Assembly: GCA_016290095.1 (NCBI GenBank)
Contig: JAEESU010000026.1
Span: 8,573-72,572 of the forward strand
Length of the DNA stretch: 64,000 bases
Direction of reading: 5' to 3'
Source: Clostridia bacterium
GTDB taxonomy: Bacteria > Bacillota > Clostridia > TANB77 > CAG-508
Both the position numbers and the translations under genes were made by a program. The notes beneath the pieces are model-generated. The model was given only the letters and a program-made list of their open reading frames with translations. It did not search any database and was not told where the DNA came from. Of this stretch, positions 1 to 9,519 are shown in pieces. Each line of letters starts with the position of its first letter. The first letter of the stretch is position 1.

Positions 1-474
1 AATATTGCTTACCGTATTATAGCATTTCAATATTTCTTCTTTTTGAGTATATAAGAATCCATATCTTGCAAATCCTGTGTCAATTTTTATTTGAGCCTTA
101 ATAATACCTTCATGGTTTTGTGCCACTTTTTCAAGTAACTTTAGCTCTTCAACGCTTCCTATTGTAACCGTAATATTGTTTTCTACTAGTTCTATTAATT
201 CTTCTTCAATCATTGTTGGAGAAAGCATCATAATATTACAATCAATTTCACTTTTTACTAATTTAATAGCTTCTTCATTTGTTGAGACTGCTAAATCTGT
301 AATACCGCTTCCCAATAAAAACTTAGCATATTTTACAATATCTAATCCTAATCCATTTGCTTTTACAACTGCTATAACATTTACTTTTTTATCTGGAGAA
401 TTTTCTTTAATAATATTATTAATCAAATCTAAATTATATTTCAAATCCTCTTTTTTTATTTCAATAACTTTCAT
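1..474 (-). CDS. Alanine racemase family PLP enzyme, N-terminal part; the 3' end runs off the window
   Basis: My translation of the minus strand begins MKVIEIKKEDLKYNLDLINN and continues through NVIAVVKANGLGLD, MMLSP and IKIDTGFARYGF. This aligns with the Alr N-terminal barrel, including the catalytic Lys in VVKAN. The ATG at 472-474 lies 10 nt after the FemAB stop. This gene is not in the supplied ORF track. Confidence 0.5.
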   Translation of the reverse strand, partial: MKVIEIKKEDLKYNLDLINNIIKENSPDKKVNVIAVVKANGLGLDIVKYAKFLLGSGITDLAVSTNEEAIKLVKSEIDCNIMMLSPTMIEEELIELVENNITVTIGSVEELKLLEKVAQNHEGIIKAQIKIDTGFARYGFLYTQKEEILKCYNTVSNI

Positions 475-484
475 TATATAAATC

Positions 485-1549
485 CTACTTCTCTTTTCCT
501 TTTTTTAAGTTCTTTTTCAATGTTCTAAGTGTTCTAAATGTTTTTTCTGCAAACTTGTACATCTTGTATACTAATGGTTTAAATGGTAAATAAATTTCAC
601 CAATAAACTCTGTAAAATCTGCATTGAATCCTTTTTTAAATCTATATAATCCATATTGTGGATGTGATTCGTCAACCACTCCAGAAACTCCTCTGAAATC
701 ATACATATCACATCCATTTGCTATTGCTTCTTTTATCATAGTCCATTGTAATAAATAATTTGGCATTAAGTTTCTATGACTATTAGAACTTGCTCCATAT
801 AGATACCAAGTTTTTTTGCCATACATAATTGGAATAATACCAGCAATAGGTTGGCCATCATGATATGCCATTAATACTTTCATGTGGTCTGGAGCCATCT
901 CATCATACATTTTTTCAAAATACTCTAGTGGTCTAATAATGAAATTGTCTCTTTCTCCTGTTTCAATCATTATTTTATGAAAATCTTTTAAGTCTTCTCT
1001 TGTTCCTTCTTTTATCTCTACACCTTTTTTAGTAGCAAGTCTTATATTATATCTTGTTTTTTGATGAAGTTCTTCAAAGATTTTATCTTCTGTTTTATCT
1101 TTCAAATTCAATCTAAACACAAATCTAGGCTGAATTTCATCTTTAAAATCTTTGCTGTCATCTTTTATCTTAAATCCATATTTTAATATAATATCTCTAA
1201 ATTTTTCATCTGACTTTAAAATATCTGGTTCAATTCTTAAAACAAATGCTTTATATTTATTTGCTAATAATTTTGCACCTTCTACAATGTCTTTAATAAC
1301 TTCTTCATCATAAATATCACAAACAGGTCCTCTTGCTGAATACATAATATTTCCGAATATTGGCATTTTTCTAATCCATACGCATAAACTTCCTCTTATT
1401 TTGCCATTTTTATCTTCAGACAATATTACTTCTTTTTTCCAACTTGTTTTAACATTTCCCCATTCAAGAGATTGTTGAAAATTACATCTTGGATTTTCTT
1501 CCAAGAACTTTTTATATTCTTCTTTATCCTTTTCTTCTAATAATCTCAA
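485..1549 (-). CDS. FemAB-family peptidoglycan cross-bridge aminoacyltransferase
   Basis: The 354-aa protein contains the motifs FQQSLEWGNVK and SARGPVCDIYDEE and is collinear with FemA/FemX family proteins. Confidence 0.7.
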   Translation of the reverse strand: MRLLEEKDKEEYKKFLEENPRCNFQQSLEWGNVKTSWKKEVILSEDKNGKIRGSLCVWIRKMPIFGNIMYSARGPVCDIYDEEVIKDIVEGAKLLANKYKAFVLRIEPDILKSDEKFRDIILKYGFKIKDDSKDFKDEIQPRFVFRLNLKDKTEDKIFEELHQKTRYNIRLATKKGVEIKEGTREDLKDFHKIMIETGERDNFIIRPLEYFEKMYDEMAPDHMKVLMAYHDGQPIAGIIPIMYGKKTWYLYGASSNSHRNLMPNYLLQWTMIKEAIANGCDMYDFRGVSGVVDESHPQYGLYRFKKGFNADFTEFIGEIYLPFKPLVYKMYKFAEKTFRTLRTLKKNLKKGKEK

Positions 1550-1568
1550 AATGATCCTCCAAAGTAAT

Positions 1569-2954
1569 TTATATTTTCTCTACTAATGTTCCTTCTTTAC
1601 TATCTTTTACAGAATATCCTTTGCTTATTAATAAATCTCTAATTCTATCAGACTCAACCCAATCTCTGTTTTGTCTTGCCTCATTTCTCCCTTTGATTAA
1701 TTCTTGAATTTCATCTGGTAAAACACTTTCTGTTTTTTGATAATTTTTTAAATCTAATCCTAATACTTCATCAAATTTTAATAATAACTGTTGTAATTTT
1801 TTTGACTTTTTAGGATTTTTTACTACATCCCATACAACACTCATAGCAACTGGCATATTTAAATCATCATTAATTGCATCTAAGAATCTAGTTTCGTAAT
1901 CTCTAATCTCATCATCTGAAATATCTTCTTCACCTTCACTATGTTTTAAATATCCATCTCTTAATCTCGCTAAAGCTGTTTTAGCAGCATCCATTGCTTC
2001 AAATGTAAAATTAATTTGTGCTCTATAATTTGATGTAAAATTAAACATTCTATATACAAGTGGTTCATATCCTTTTTGAGCTAAATCTTCTAATGTATAT
2101 AAATTATTTAAACTCTTAGACATTTTTCCACCATTAATTTGTAAAAATTCAACATGCATCCAATAATGAGCTGGTATTTTTCCACAAAATCCCATAGCTT
2201 GTGCAATTTCATTTTCATGGTGAATAGGAATGTGATCAACACCACCTGTATGTATATCAAATTCGTCTCCTAAATATTTATACCCCATTGCAGAGCACTC
2301 TAAATGCCATCCTGGATATGATTTTCCAAAAAACGAATCCCACTTCATAATATGGTTTTCTGGTGCTTTTATCCAAAGAGCAAAATCTGAAATATTCTTT
2401 TTATTTTCATCAAAATCAACTCTTGCACCTGCTTTTTGTTCTTCAACATTTCTGTTTGACAAATAACCATATTTTTTTAATTTTGAAGTATCAAAATATA
2501 CAGTATCTTCTGTTTGATATGTGTATCCATTATCTATAATTTTCTTAACATATTGTTCCATTACATCAATATGTTCTGTTGCTCTAGCAATAATCTCTGG
2601 TCTATCTATGTTTAATTTATCAATATCTTTTAAAAATGCATCCATATAGAAATTAGCTATTTCAAATGGATTTTTATTTTCTCTTCTAGCTGCTTTCATC
2701 ATTTTGTCTTCACCTTCATCAGCATCAGACACTAGATGACCAACATCTGTTATATTCATAACATGTTTTAAGTTATATCCATTATATTTTAAAACTCTTC
2801 TTAAATTGTCCATAAATAAATACGCTCTTAAGTTTCCTATATGTGCAAAATAATAAACTGTAGGACCACATGAATACATTCTCACTTCTTTTTCATTAAT
2901 TGGTTTAAAATCTTCTTTTTTACGTGTTAGCGTATTAAAAAATTTGATACTCAT
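1569..2954 (-). CDS. cysS: Cysteine--tRNA ligase
   Basis: The protein begins MSIKFFNTLTRKKEDF, carries the HIGN (HIGH-type) motif as YFAHIGNLR and KMSKS, has the cysteine-binding CGPT region, and is 461 aa long. Confidence 0.93.
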   Translation of the reverse strand: MSIKFFNTLTRKKEDFKPINEKEVRMYSCGPTVYYFAHIGNLRAYLFMDNLRRVLKYNGYNLKHVMNITDVGHLVSDADEGEDKMMKAARRENKNPFEIANFYMDAFLKDIDKLNIDRPEIIARATEHIDVMEQYVKKIIDNGYTYQTEDTVYFDTSKLKKYGYLSNRNVEEQKAGARVDFDENKKNISDFALWIKAPENHIMKWDSFFGKSYPGWHLECSAMGYKYLGDEFDIHTGGVDHIPIHHENEIAQAMGFCGKIPAHYWMHVEFLQINGGKMSKSLNNLYTLEDLAQKGYEPLVYRMFNFTSNYRAQINFTFEAMDAAKTALARLRDGYLKHSEGEEDISDDEIRDYETRFLDAINDDLNMPVAMSVVWDVVKNPKKSKKLQQLLLKFDEVLGLDLKNYQKTESVLPDEIQELIKGRNEARQNRDWVESDRIRDLLISKGYSVKDSKEGTLVEKI

Positions 2955-3034
2955 GTGTTTCTCTCCTTTATATTAATATTTGGGCAGATTTATAAAACCT
3001 GCCCTATTTACTATGAATTATTTATGTGGTTATT

Positions 3035-5716
3035 TTAATCACTTTCAGATGTGTTTGATATACTATTAGTATTTGGTTCTGGTTCAGGATTTACAGTATT
3101 CGTTGGAACTGTATTAGTTGTAGTATTAGTATTTGGACCTGGTTCAGGATCTACAGTATTTGTTGGAACTGTATTAGTTGTACTGTTAGTATTTGGACCT
3201 GGTGTTGGAGCTACAGTATTAGTTGTATTTGTATTAGTTGTATTTGTATTAGCTGTATTTGTGTTATCATCTTTCTTTTCTTCTTTTGGCTTTTGATCTA
3301 CAAGTGGCCCTATATGAATATTACAGCTTTCAGTTGGTATATCTGTTATAGCTTCTTCTGGATTCATTGGTCTCCATATAGCATCTATTTCTTTTTCTGG
3401 TATTCCACCGATTGCCTTTTCTGTAACATTTTCAGCTGGGCAGAAATCTGTAGCTAATAAACCTGTCTCGTTACATATTCTAACTACAACATGACCTTCA
3501 CAATGTTCTGTAGGAATATTCTCTTTTGTAAATACTTCTGTATATGCATTTTCTCCACAAGCTTCTGAAGATAATTTACCAGATAATCTACATACTGATG
3601 CTCTTAATATTCCTTCTGGAACATCAAAATTCTTGTTTTCTAAATCCTGATGAACAGCTTTCATAACTGCTGCCCATAATTTTCCTGCTGGATTTCCATT
3701 ACTATAATGTACAACAGCACTATATTCATAACCATACCATGCTGCAGCAGAATAATATGGAGTATAGCCGCAAAGCCATCTATCATAATCTTTATTTGTT
3801 GTTCCTGTTTTAGCTGCTGTTTCTATTCCAGGCATTTTACAATAAGTAGCTGTTCCTGAAATAACTGGTTGTGTTAAGATATTTGTTTCTATATATGCAT
3901 TTTGTTCTGTCATTACTCTTGTTTTTTCTTGTTTTGGTTCATAAATTATATTACCTTTTGAATCTGTAACTTTTGTATAGAATGTTGGTGTAACATATTC
4001 ACCTTTGTTTGCTATTGCGCCATAAGCACTAGCCATCTCAAATGGAGAAACTCCATCTTCAATTCCTCCTAATGCTAATGATAAACCACTCTTAGAAAAA
4101 TCTGGTAATCCAACACTCTTACAAAATTCAACAGATACCTCTACGCCAATATTTGATAAAGCTTTAACATGTGGAACATTTGCAGAAACTTCAATCGCTT
4201 TACGCATATTGATTAATCCTCTATAATAATCATAATCTTTTGGATGGTATCCTCCTCCAAAATCTGTCCATACATCATTATAAACTGTTGCTCCAGTAAT
4301 TGTTCCAGTTATCAATCCTGGTGCAATAACTGATATAGGTTTCATACATGATCCTGTTTGTTTATTAATTTTTGTAGGATAATTCATAAAACCAAGTTTA
4401 GTTGTTGCTGTTCTTTCGTCTTTAGGTCCAACAGCTGAAGCTGCTGCAACAACATGACCATTGTGATAATCTATTATTGCCATAGATGGTAATGAATTTT
4501 CTTCTATTTTATTTTTCTCATTATCATAATATGTTCCTTTTGTATACCATGTTGGTTTTACAATTTCTTCTTCAAGTATTTTTTGAATATCTGTTTTTTG
4601 TGTAGTATATATTTTATATCCACCACTATATAATAACATTTCAGCAGTATCTCTGTTCATATCCTCATTGTTAGACTCTGTAATAATTTGATCAAGAATT
4701 TGATCTATTGCAGCAGCTGTTAAATATGATACATCTGTAGTAACAGAAGCGCTTTCTCCTTTTTCAAACTTTAATCCTTCATTTACTTCTGCAACTGCTA
4801 ATTTATATTGTTCTTCATTTATATATTCTAGTTCTTTCATCTTTCCAAGAACTGTCTTTGTTCTTTTCTTGATTAATTCATTATTCTTTTCTTTTTCTGC
4901 TGCTGGATCATTTTTATCTGCATAATCATAAAATGGTCTATATAGATTTGGAGAATGGTTTATACCTGCTAAATAAGCACACTCTGCAATACTTAAATCC
5001 TTTGCAGATTTATTAAAATAATAAACTGCTCCTAATTCAACACCATTTATATCGTCTCCACCCATGAATATTAAGTTTAAATATAACTCTAGAATTTGAT
5101 CTTTTGATAAATAATTTTCAACTTGGAATGCTTTTGAAATTTCTTTTACTTTTCTTAGAGCACCAGCAAAAGAACTTCTCTCTTTATCTTGAGTGATATT
5201 CTTAATAACCTGTTGCGTAATAGTACTTCCACCAAATTTAGAATTACCTCTGTGTAATACATATGTTAGCGTTGCATATACTGTTCTAGGAATATCAACA
5301 CCTCTATGTGAATAAAACCTTTCATCTTCTATTGCAACAAAAGCTTTTGGCAAGTATTCAGACATATCTGCCATACTAATACTCTTTCTCTTTGTTCCAC
5401 CACTTAAAATTGCAATTTGATTTCCGTCAGCATCAAAAACTGTAGAGTTTTCATGTCCTACAACTAATGTTGCTGGATCTATTTTTAATTCATCGCCAAA
5501 AATTCCTATAAAAGCACCTACTAAAACTCCTGTACCTATGATTAATAATAATATTAATGATAAAATGGTCCACTTAATAATTTTAGCTGCTTTAGGATGT
5601 TTATTTTTGAATTTACCTTTTTCTTTGTTTGATTTTGAGTTTCTATTTTTCCTTGTTCTATTCTTTTTCAAATCTGAAGTTTTTATTCTTCTTGTTTCGC
5701 TACTATCTTTACTCAT
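3035..5716 (-). CDS. Class A penicillin-binding protein (transglycosylase/transpeptidase) with a Thr/Asn/Pro-rich repetitive C-terminal tail
   Basis: It has an N-terminal basic segment plus a TM anchor, the GT51 motifs EDERFYSHRGVD and GGSTITQQ, a transpeptidase SxxK-type region, and is 893 aa long. Confidence 0.9.
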   Translation of the reverse strand: MSKDSSETRRIKTSDLKKNRTRKNRNSKSNKEKGKFKNKHPKAAKIIKWTILSLILLLIIGTGVLVGAFIGIFGDELKIDPATLVVGHENSTVFDADGNQIAILSGGTKRKSISMADMSEYLPKAFVAIEDERFYSHRGVDIPRTVYATLTYVLHRGNSKFGGSTITQQVIKNITQDKERSSFAGALRKVKEISKAFQVENYLSKDQILELYLNLIFMGGDDINGVELGAVYYFNKSAKDLSIAECAYLAGINHSPNLYRPFYDYADKNDPAAEKEKNNELIKKRTKTVLGKMKELEYINEEQYKLAVAEVNEGLKFEKGESASVTTDVSYLTAAAIDQILDQIITESNNEDMNRDTAEMLLYSGGYKIYTTQKTDIQKILEEEIVKPTWYTKGTYYDNEKNKIEENSLPSMAIIDYHNGHVVAAASAVGPKDERTATTKLGFMNYPTKINKQTGSCMKPISVIAPGLITGTITGATVYNDVWTDFGGGYHPKDYDYYRGLINMRKAIEVSANVPHVKALSNIGVEVSVEFCKSVGLPDFSKSGLSLALGGIEDGVSPFEMASAYGAIANKGEYVTPTFYTKVTDSKGNIIYEPKQEKTRVMTEQNAYIETNILTQPVISGTATYCKMPGIETAAKTGTTNKDYDRWLCGYTPYYSAAAWYGYEYSAVVHYSNGNPAGKLWAAVMKAVHQDLENKNFDVPEGILRASVCRLSGKLSSEACGENAYTEVFTKENIPTEHCEGHVVVRICNETGLLATDFCPAENVTEKAIGGIPEKEIDAIWRPMNPEEAITDIPTESCNIHIGPLVDQKPKEEKKDDNTNTANTNTTNTNTTNTVAPTPGPNTNSTTNTVPTNTVDPEPGPNTNTTTNTVPTNTVNPEPEPNTNSISNTSESD
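3062..3240. repeat. In-frame tandem repeat of about 57-60 bp, roughly 2.5 copies, inside the 3' end of the PBP gene
   Basis: The unit ggttcaggatNtacagtattYgttggaactgtattagttgta recurs. It encodes PNTNTTTNTVPTNTV(N/D)PEP units. Confidence 0.6.
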
Positions 5717-5811
5717 AAATCCTCCTTTGTTAAACGATATAATCCTATAATATCGTTTGTATTATATTACATTTCGTTAAAAATATAAAGCCCTTTTTTA
5801 TTATTTTTTTA

Positions 5812-6672
5812 TTAAAATATATCTTCTATTTTATTCAATATATTTGCACCTTCAAATAGTAAATAATTTGTGCCCTCTGATTGTTTTGAAGTTATATTTC
5901 CTGGTACTGCGTATATATCTTTTCCTTGATCTAAAGCATAATCAACAGTAATCAAACTTCCACTTTTGGATCCTGCTTCAACAATAATCACTTTTTTAGA
6001 TAATCCACTTATAATTCTGTTTCTTAGCGGAAAATGATATTTCATCGGCTTTGATCCCAAACAAAATTCAGATACAATTGTACCACCTTCTTTCAAAATT
6101 CTTTCAAATAGTTTTTTATTTTCATATGGATAAACTTCAAAGTCTGATATTCCTGTGCCAAGTACAGCAATTGTTTTTCCAATTTTACTATCAAGTGCAC
6201 CAAGATGAGCATATTTGTCAATTCCAATTGCTAAACCACTAACAATATTTATGCCTTTATCAGCTAATTCTTTTGCAATTTTTCTTGAAACTTTTTTTCC
6301 ATAGTCTGTTGCTTCTCTTGAGCCAACAATTGCTATATTGTCTCCATACAGATTTTGAATATTTCCCCTTACATATATATAGACTGGTTTATTACTAATT
6401 TGGTTCAAAATTGTTGGATAATTATTTTGGGTACATGAAATAATTTTAATATCATTTTTATTCATATAATCAATATATTTTTTCATATTTTTAAAATCAG
6501 AATTAAGTATTTTGTCAACTGTTTTTTCTTCAAATCCTTCATTTAGTAATTCACTTTTAGATTGCTTTAAAATTAATTCTGCACTTCCAAATTTTTTTAA
6601 TAGTTTTAATTTATTTTCATTACTTATATCAATTCTTGATAAATAAATATCATAATAATTCATATTTTTCAT
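5812..6672 (-). CDS. dprA: DNA processing protein DprA (Smf)
   Basis: The protein carries the DprA Rossmann-core motifs IAIVGSREATDYG, VSGLAIGIDKYAH and AVLGTGISD. Confidence 0.85.
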   Translation of the reverse strand: MKNMNYYDIYLSRIDISNENKLKLLKKFGSAELILKQSKSELLNEGFEEKTVDKILNSDFKNMKKYIDYMNKNDIKIISCTQNNYPTILNQISNKPVYIYVRGNIQNLYGDNIAIVGSREATDYGKKVSRKIAKELADKGINIVSGLAIGIDKYAHLGALDSKIGKTIAVLGTGISDFEVYPYENKKLFERILKEGGTIVSEFCLGSKPMKYHFPLRNRIISGLSKKVIIVEAGSKSGSLITVDYALDQGKDIYAVPGNITSKQSEGTNYLLFEGANILNKIEDIF

Positions 6673-6692
6673 AATTCATATTTTTCCTTTCA

Positions 6693-6731
6693 TAAAAAAA
6701 GAGCATAGATTTCTCTATGCCCCTAATATTT
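6693..6731 (-). terminator. Intrinsic terminator downstream of folD
   Basis: A GGGCATAGAGAAATCTATGCTC hairpin is followed by a T7 run on the minus strand. Confidence 0.5.
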
Positions 6732-6732
6732 T

Positions 6733-7578
6733 TTATAATCTTTTTTCAGCAGCTTTTACCAAATTATTTAATAGCATTGCTATTGTCATTGGTCCAACTC
6801 CTCCAGGAACTGGTGTTATATAGCTTGCTTTCTCTTTTACATTTTCAAAATCAACATCCCCACATATTGTTCCGTCTTCATTCCTGTTAATTCCTACATC
6901 TATTACTACACAACCATCTTTAACCATATCTTTTGTTACAAATTTTGGTTTTCCGATAGCTGCAATTAAAATATCTGCATTTTTTGTTATTTGATCAATA
7001 TTTTTTGTTTTTGAATGACATACAGTTACAGTTGAATTTTTAGCTAGCATGCATTGAATCATAGGTTTTCCAACAATATTGCTTCTTCCTAAGATAACTG
7101 CATTCTTTCCTTCTGTTTCAATATTGTATTCTTCAAACATTTTTATAATTCCATACGGTGTACAAGAAATAAATGCATCTTCTCCTATGCTTAAATTTCC
7201 AACATTAACCGGATTAAATCCATCAACATCCTTTTCTGGTGAAATATGTTTAAAAGCATTATTAATATTAATACTTTTGGGAACAGGACTTTGTAATAAT
7301 ATTCCGTGAATACTATCATCTTTATTAAGCTTATCAATTACTTTTAGTAATTCTTCTTCTGTTAAATCTTCGTCATATAAATACTCTTCAAATTCTATTC
7401 CAACTTTTTCACATGCTTTTGATTTGTTTTTTACATAAACAGTTGAACCTGGGTCATTACCAACCATAATAACTGCAAGTTTAGGATTAATTCCTTTTTC
7501 TTTTAGAACTTCCACTTTTTGTTTTAATTCACTTCTAATCTTTTTTGCAAGTTCTTTTCCATCAATTAATTCTGCCAT
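6733..7578 (-). CDS. folD: Bifunctional methylenetetrahydrofolate dehydrogenase/cyclohydrolase
   Basis: The protein begins MAELIDGKELAKKIRSEL, contains VIMVGNDPGS.VYVKNK, and is 281 aa long. Confidence 0.92.
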   Translation of the reverse strand: MAELIDGKELAKKIRSELKQKVEVLKEKGINPKLAVIMVGNDPGSTVYVKNKSKACEKVGIEFEEYLYDEDLTEEELLKVIDKLNKDDSIHGILLQSPVPKSININNAFKHISPEKDVDGFNPVNVGNLSIGEDAFISCTPYGIIKMFEEYNIETEGKNAVILGRSNIVGKPMIQCMLAKNSTVTVCHSKTKNIDQITKNADILIAAIGKPKFVTKDMVKDGCVVIDVGINRNEDGTICGDVDFENVKEKASYITPVPGGVGPMTIAMLLNNLVKAAEKRL

Positions 7579-7600
7579 AATAATACTGCCATACCTCCAA

Positions 7601-8791
7601 TTATTTTTCTGTTTTCTTTTTATAAATAATGATTAATGAAGTGATAATTGCTATAGCAGTAATAACTGTAAATGTAATTACTGCTGGATTTATTCCAACT
7701 TCTGGTAAAACACCTACTTCATCTTTTATAATATTTAATACTTCTTCTTTTGAAACTTTATTTGAATCTTCAACTACATTTGTAACAGAATTATTCACAG
7801 TGTTATTTGCAACACTTGATACAGTGTTTTCTTCATCACTTGGTTTTTTAGAAGAAAGCAAACTTGTTAATACATATGCTGTCTTTCCTTTATATGTTAC
7901 TTTAGACCAGCCATTACTTCCTACACCTGTTCTTGTTATTTCTTCTCCTAACTTCAATGAGCCAACTTGTTCAGTATCTGTTGAATATCCTTCTCTTACA
8001 TTACAATTTCTTACTGCATACATTTTTTCATTTACATCTTTAAATGTAACTTCTTTCTCTTTTGGAGCAGTTGTTGATAAATACTGTGAAGAAACATAAG
8101 CAGTTTGTCCTTTATATGCAACTCTAGACCACTTATCACTAATACCTGTTCTTGTTAATTTAGTTCCTTCACTAATTTTTGCTATAACAGAGCTACTAGT
8201 TGAATAACTTTTTCTAATATTCAAATCATCTACTGTAGCATATACTGTTTCGTTAACATCTTTAAATGTAACTGTTGTAGTTGGTGAAGTATTTGTGTTA
8301 GTACTACTAGTATTTGTACTTGTATTAGCACTTGTGTTTGTGTTTGTATTAGTAGTTGTATTGTTTACTACATTGTTTTTTACTGTAGTTTCTTTTTCCG
8401 CAATATTAAAAGTAATTGAATTAGGTGGATCTATATGGTTGCTTTTTTTATCTGAAATCGTACAGTCTTCCACAGTAACTGTTGCCTTCCCTGCTGCTTT
8501 TGCAGTAAAAGAAGCAGTCATATTTCCAGGATGATTTTCTAAATCAGGATCCCATTTGATTAACATTCCGCTTGAATCTGTTGATTTATCACTATATGTA
8601 ACTTTAATTATACCTTGATAACCAATTGCATCGCTTGGAATATTAACTGTTACTGTATAATTACTACCTTTTACTACATCGCTCGAAACGCTAATACTCG
8701 CTTGAGAAGCATTAACATGATTGATTGTAAGTACATTATATAATGCTAACAAAATTAATAAAATTGCAATTATTTTTTTTATTACTCTCAT
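7601..8791 (-). CDS. Cell-surface protein with two bacterial SH3 (SH3b) domains, a TNT-rich linker and a C-terminal sortase-type sorting signal with the variant motif LPEVG
   Basis: It has a signal peptide, two repeats of the form FKDVNE..Y....C/DLN.R.....S...G.....T...TG....W..V.YKG.TAYV, and a C-terminal LPEVG followed by a hydrophobic stretch and KKKTEK. It lies immediately downstream of a sortase gene. Confidence 0.6.
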   Translation of the reverse strand: MRVIKKIIAILLILLALYNVLTINHVNASQASISVSSDVVKGSNYTVTVNIPSDAIGYQGIIKVTYSDKSTDSSGMLIKWDPDLENHPGNMTASFTAKAAGKATVTVEDCTISDKKSNHIDPPNSITFNIAEKETTVKNNVVNNTTTNTNTNTSANTSTNTSSTNTNTSPTTTVTFKDVNETVYATVDDLNIRKSYSTSSSVIAKISEGTKLTRTGISDKWSRVAYKGQTAYVSSQYLSTTAPKEKEVTFKDVNEKMYAVRNCNVREGYSTDTEQVGSLKLGEEITRTGVGSNGWSKVTYKGKTAYVLTSLLSSKKPSDEENTVSSVANNTVNNSVTNVVEDSNKVSKEEVLNIIKDEVGVLPEVGINPAVITFTVITAIAIITSLIIIYKKKTEK

Positions 8792-8819
8792 TATTCACCA
8801 TTCCTTTTTCTTATGAAAT

Positions 8820-9485
8820 CTATTTTTCTTCTGCTTTTATAATAAGTCTTTCTGTTGAAGCACTTTCACATGTAATTAATGTAATTTCAACTTTATTCTC
8901 ATCTGGAATTAATGCTTCTAAATCTGTTGGCTCAACAGTTAATATATCTTTAACTTCATATTCTGTTTCAGAAAAATCTTTTTCTACAATTGTGATAATA
9001 TCTCCTTTGTCTAATTCGTTCAATTTTCCAAACATATTATCAAAATTATGCCCCGCTAAGCATAAATTTCCATAATTATTCAATGAACCACCATACAATT
9101 TAGAAATTCCCTTTTTTAATGCTTCTTCTTCAGTTGAATCTAATATGTATTGTTCAACATTTAGTTTTTTTATTTTTATCTTGCCTAATACTTTGTAACC
9201 CTCATATGTACTTTCCATAGCGATTGGTTCTGCAACAGTATTAGTTTGAACTAAATTCTCACTATTGTCTTTATTTGATCCTCTTGTTGATATAAATAAT
9301 GCAACTCCAACAATTACAATAATTGCAACTAAAGCACAAATAATTTTTATTTTAGTTATATTAGGTTCATCATCATATTCTTCGTAATATTCATCATTGT
9401 TTATATCGTTTTTTTCTTCTATTCTTTCGTTTTTTTGATCAAAGTAATATCCACCACCATCAGCAGAATGTTTTCCCTTTGCCAT
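8820..9485 (-). CDS. Sortase family transpeptidase
   Basis: It has an N-terminal TM anchor, the catalytic His in LAGHN and the catalytic Cys in the TLITC motif, and is 221 aa long. Confidence 0.8.
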   Translation of the reverse strand: MAKGKHSADGGGYYFDQKNERIEEKNDINNDEYYEEYDDEPNITKIKIICALVAIIVIVGVALFISTRGSNKDNSENLVQTNTVAEPIAMESTYEGYKVLGKIKIKKLNVEQYILDSTEEEALKKGISKLYGGSLNNYGNLCLAGHNFDNMFGKLNELDKGDIITIVEKDFSETEYEVKDILTVEPTDLEALIPDENKVEITLITCESASTERLIIKAEEK

Positions 9486-9519
9486 AATTACACCTCCAAT
9501 TTATCATATGAATTTTTAT

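Noticed and set aside
176-481. Plus-strand 101-aa ORF in the track
   Set aside because: It is a low-complexity Ser/Ile-rich translation lying antisense to a well-supported Alr-family gene on the minus strand.
2955-3034. Possible T-box leader for cysS
   Set aside because: The gap is only 80 nt. No T-box consensus was found. Only a hairpin (GGGCAG...CTGCCC) consistent with a PBP terminator is present.
3062-3240. CRISPR array
   Set aside because: The repeats are in-frame and coding, they are imperfect, and they lack unique spacers. No CRISPR-like arrays occur elsewhere in the window.
3051-3296. Plus-strand 81-aa ORF
   Set aside because: It is the antisense reading of the PBP repetitive tail, and its periodic VLVVF composition is an artefact of the repeat.
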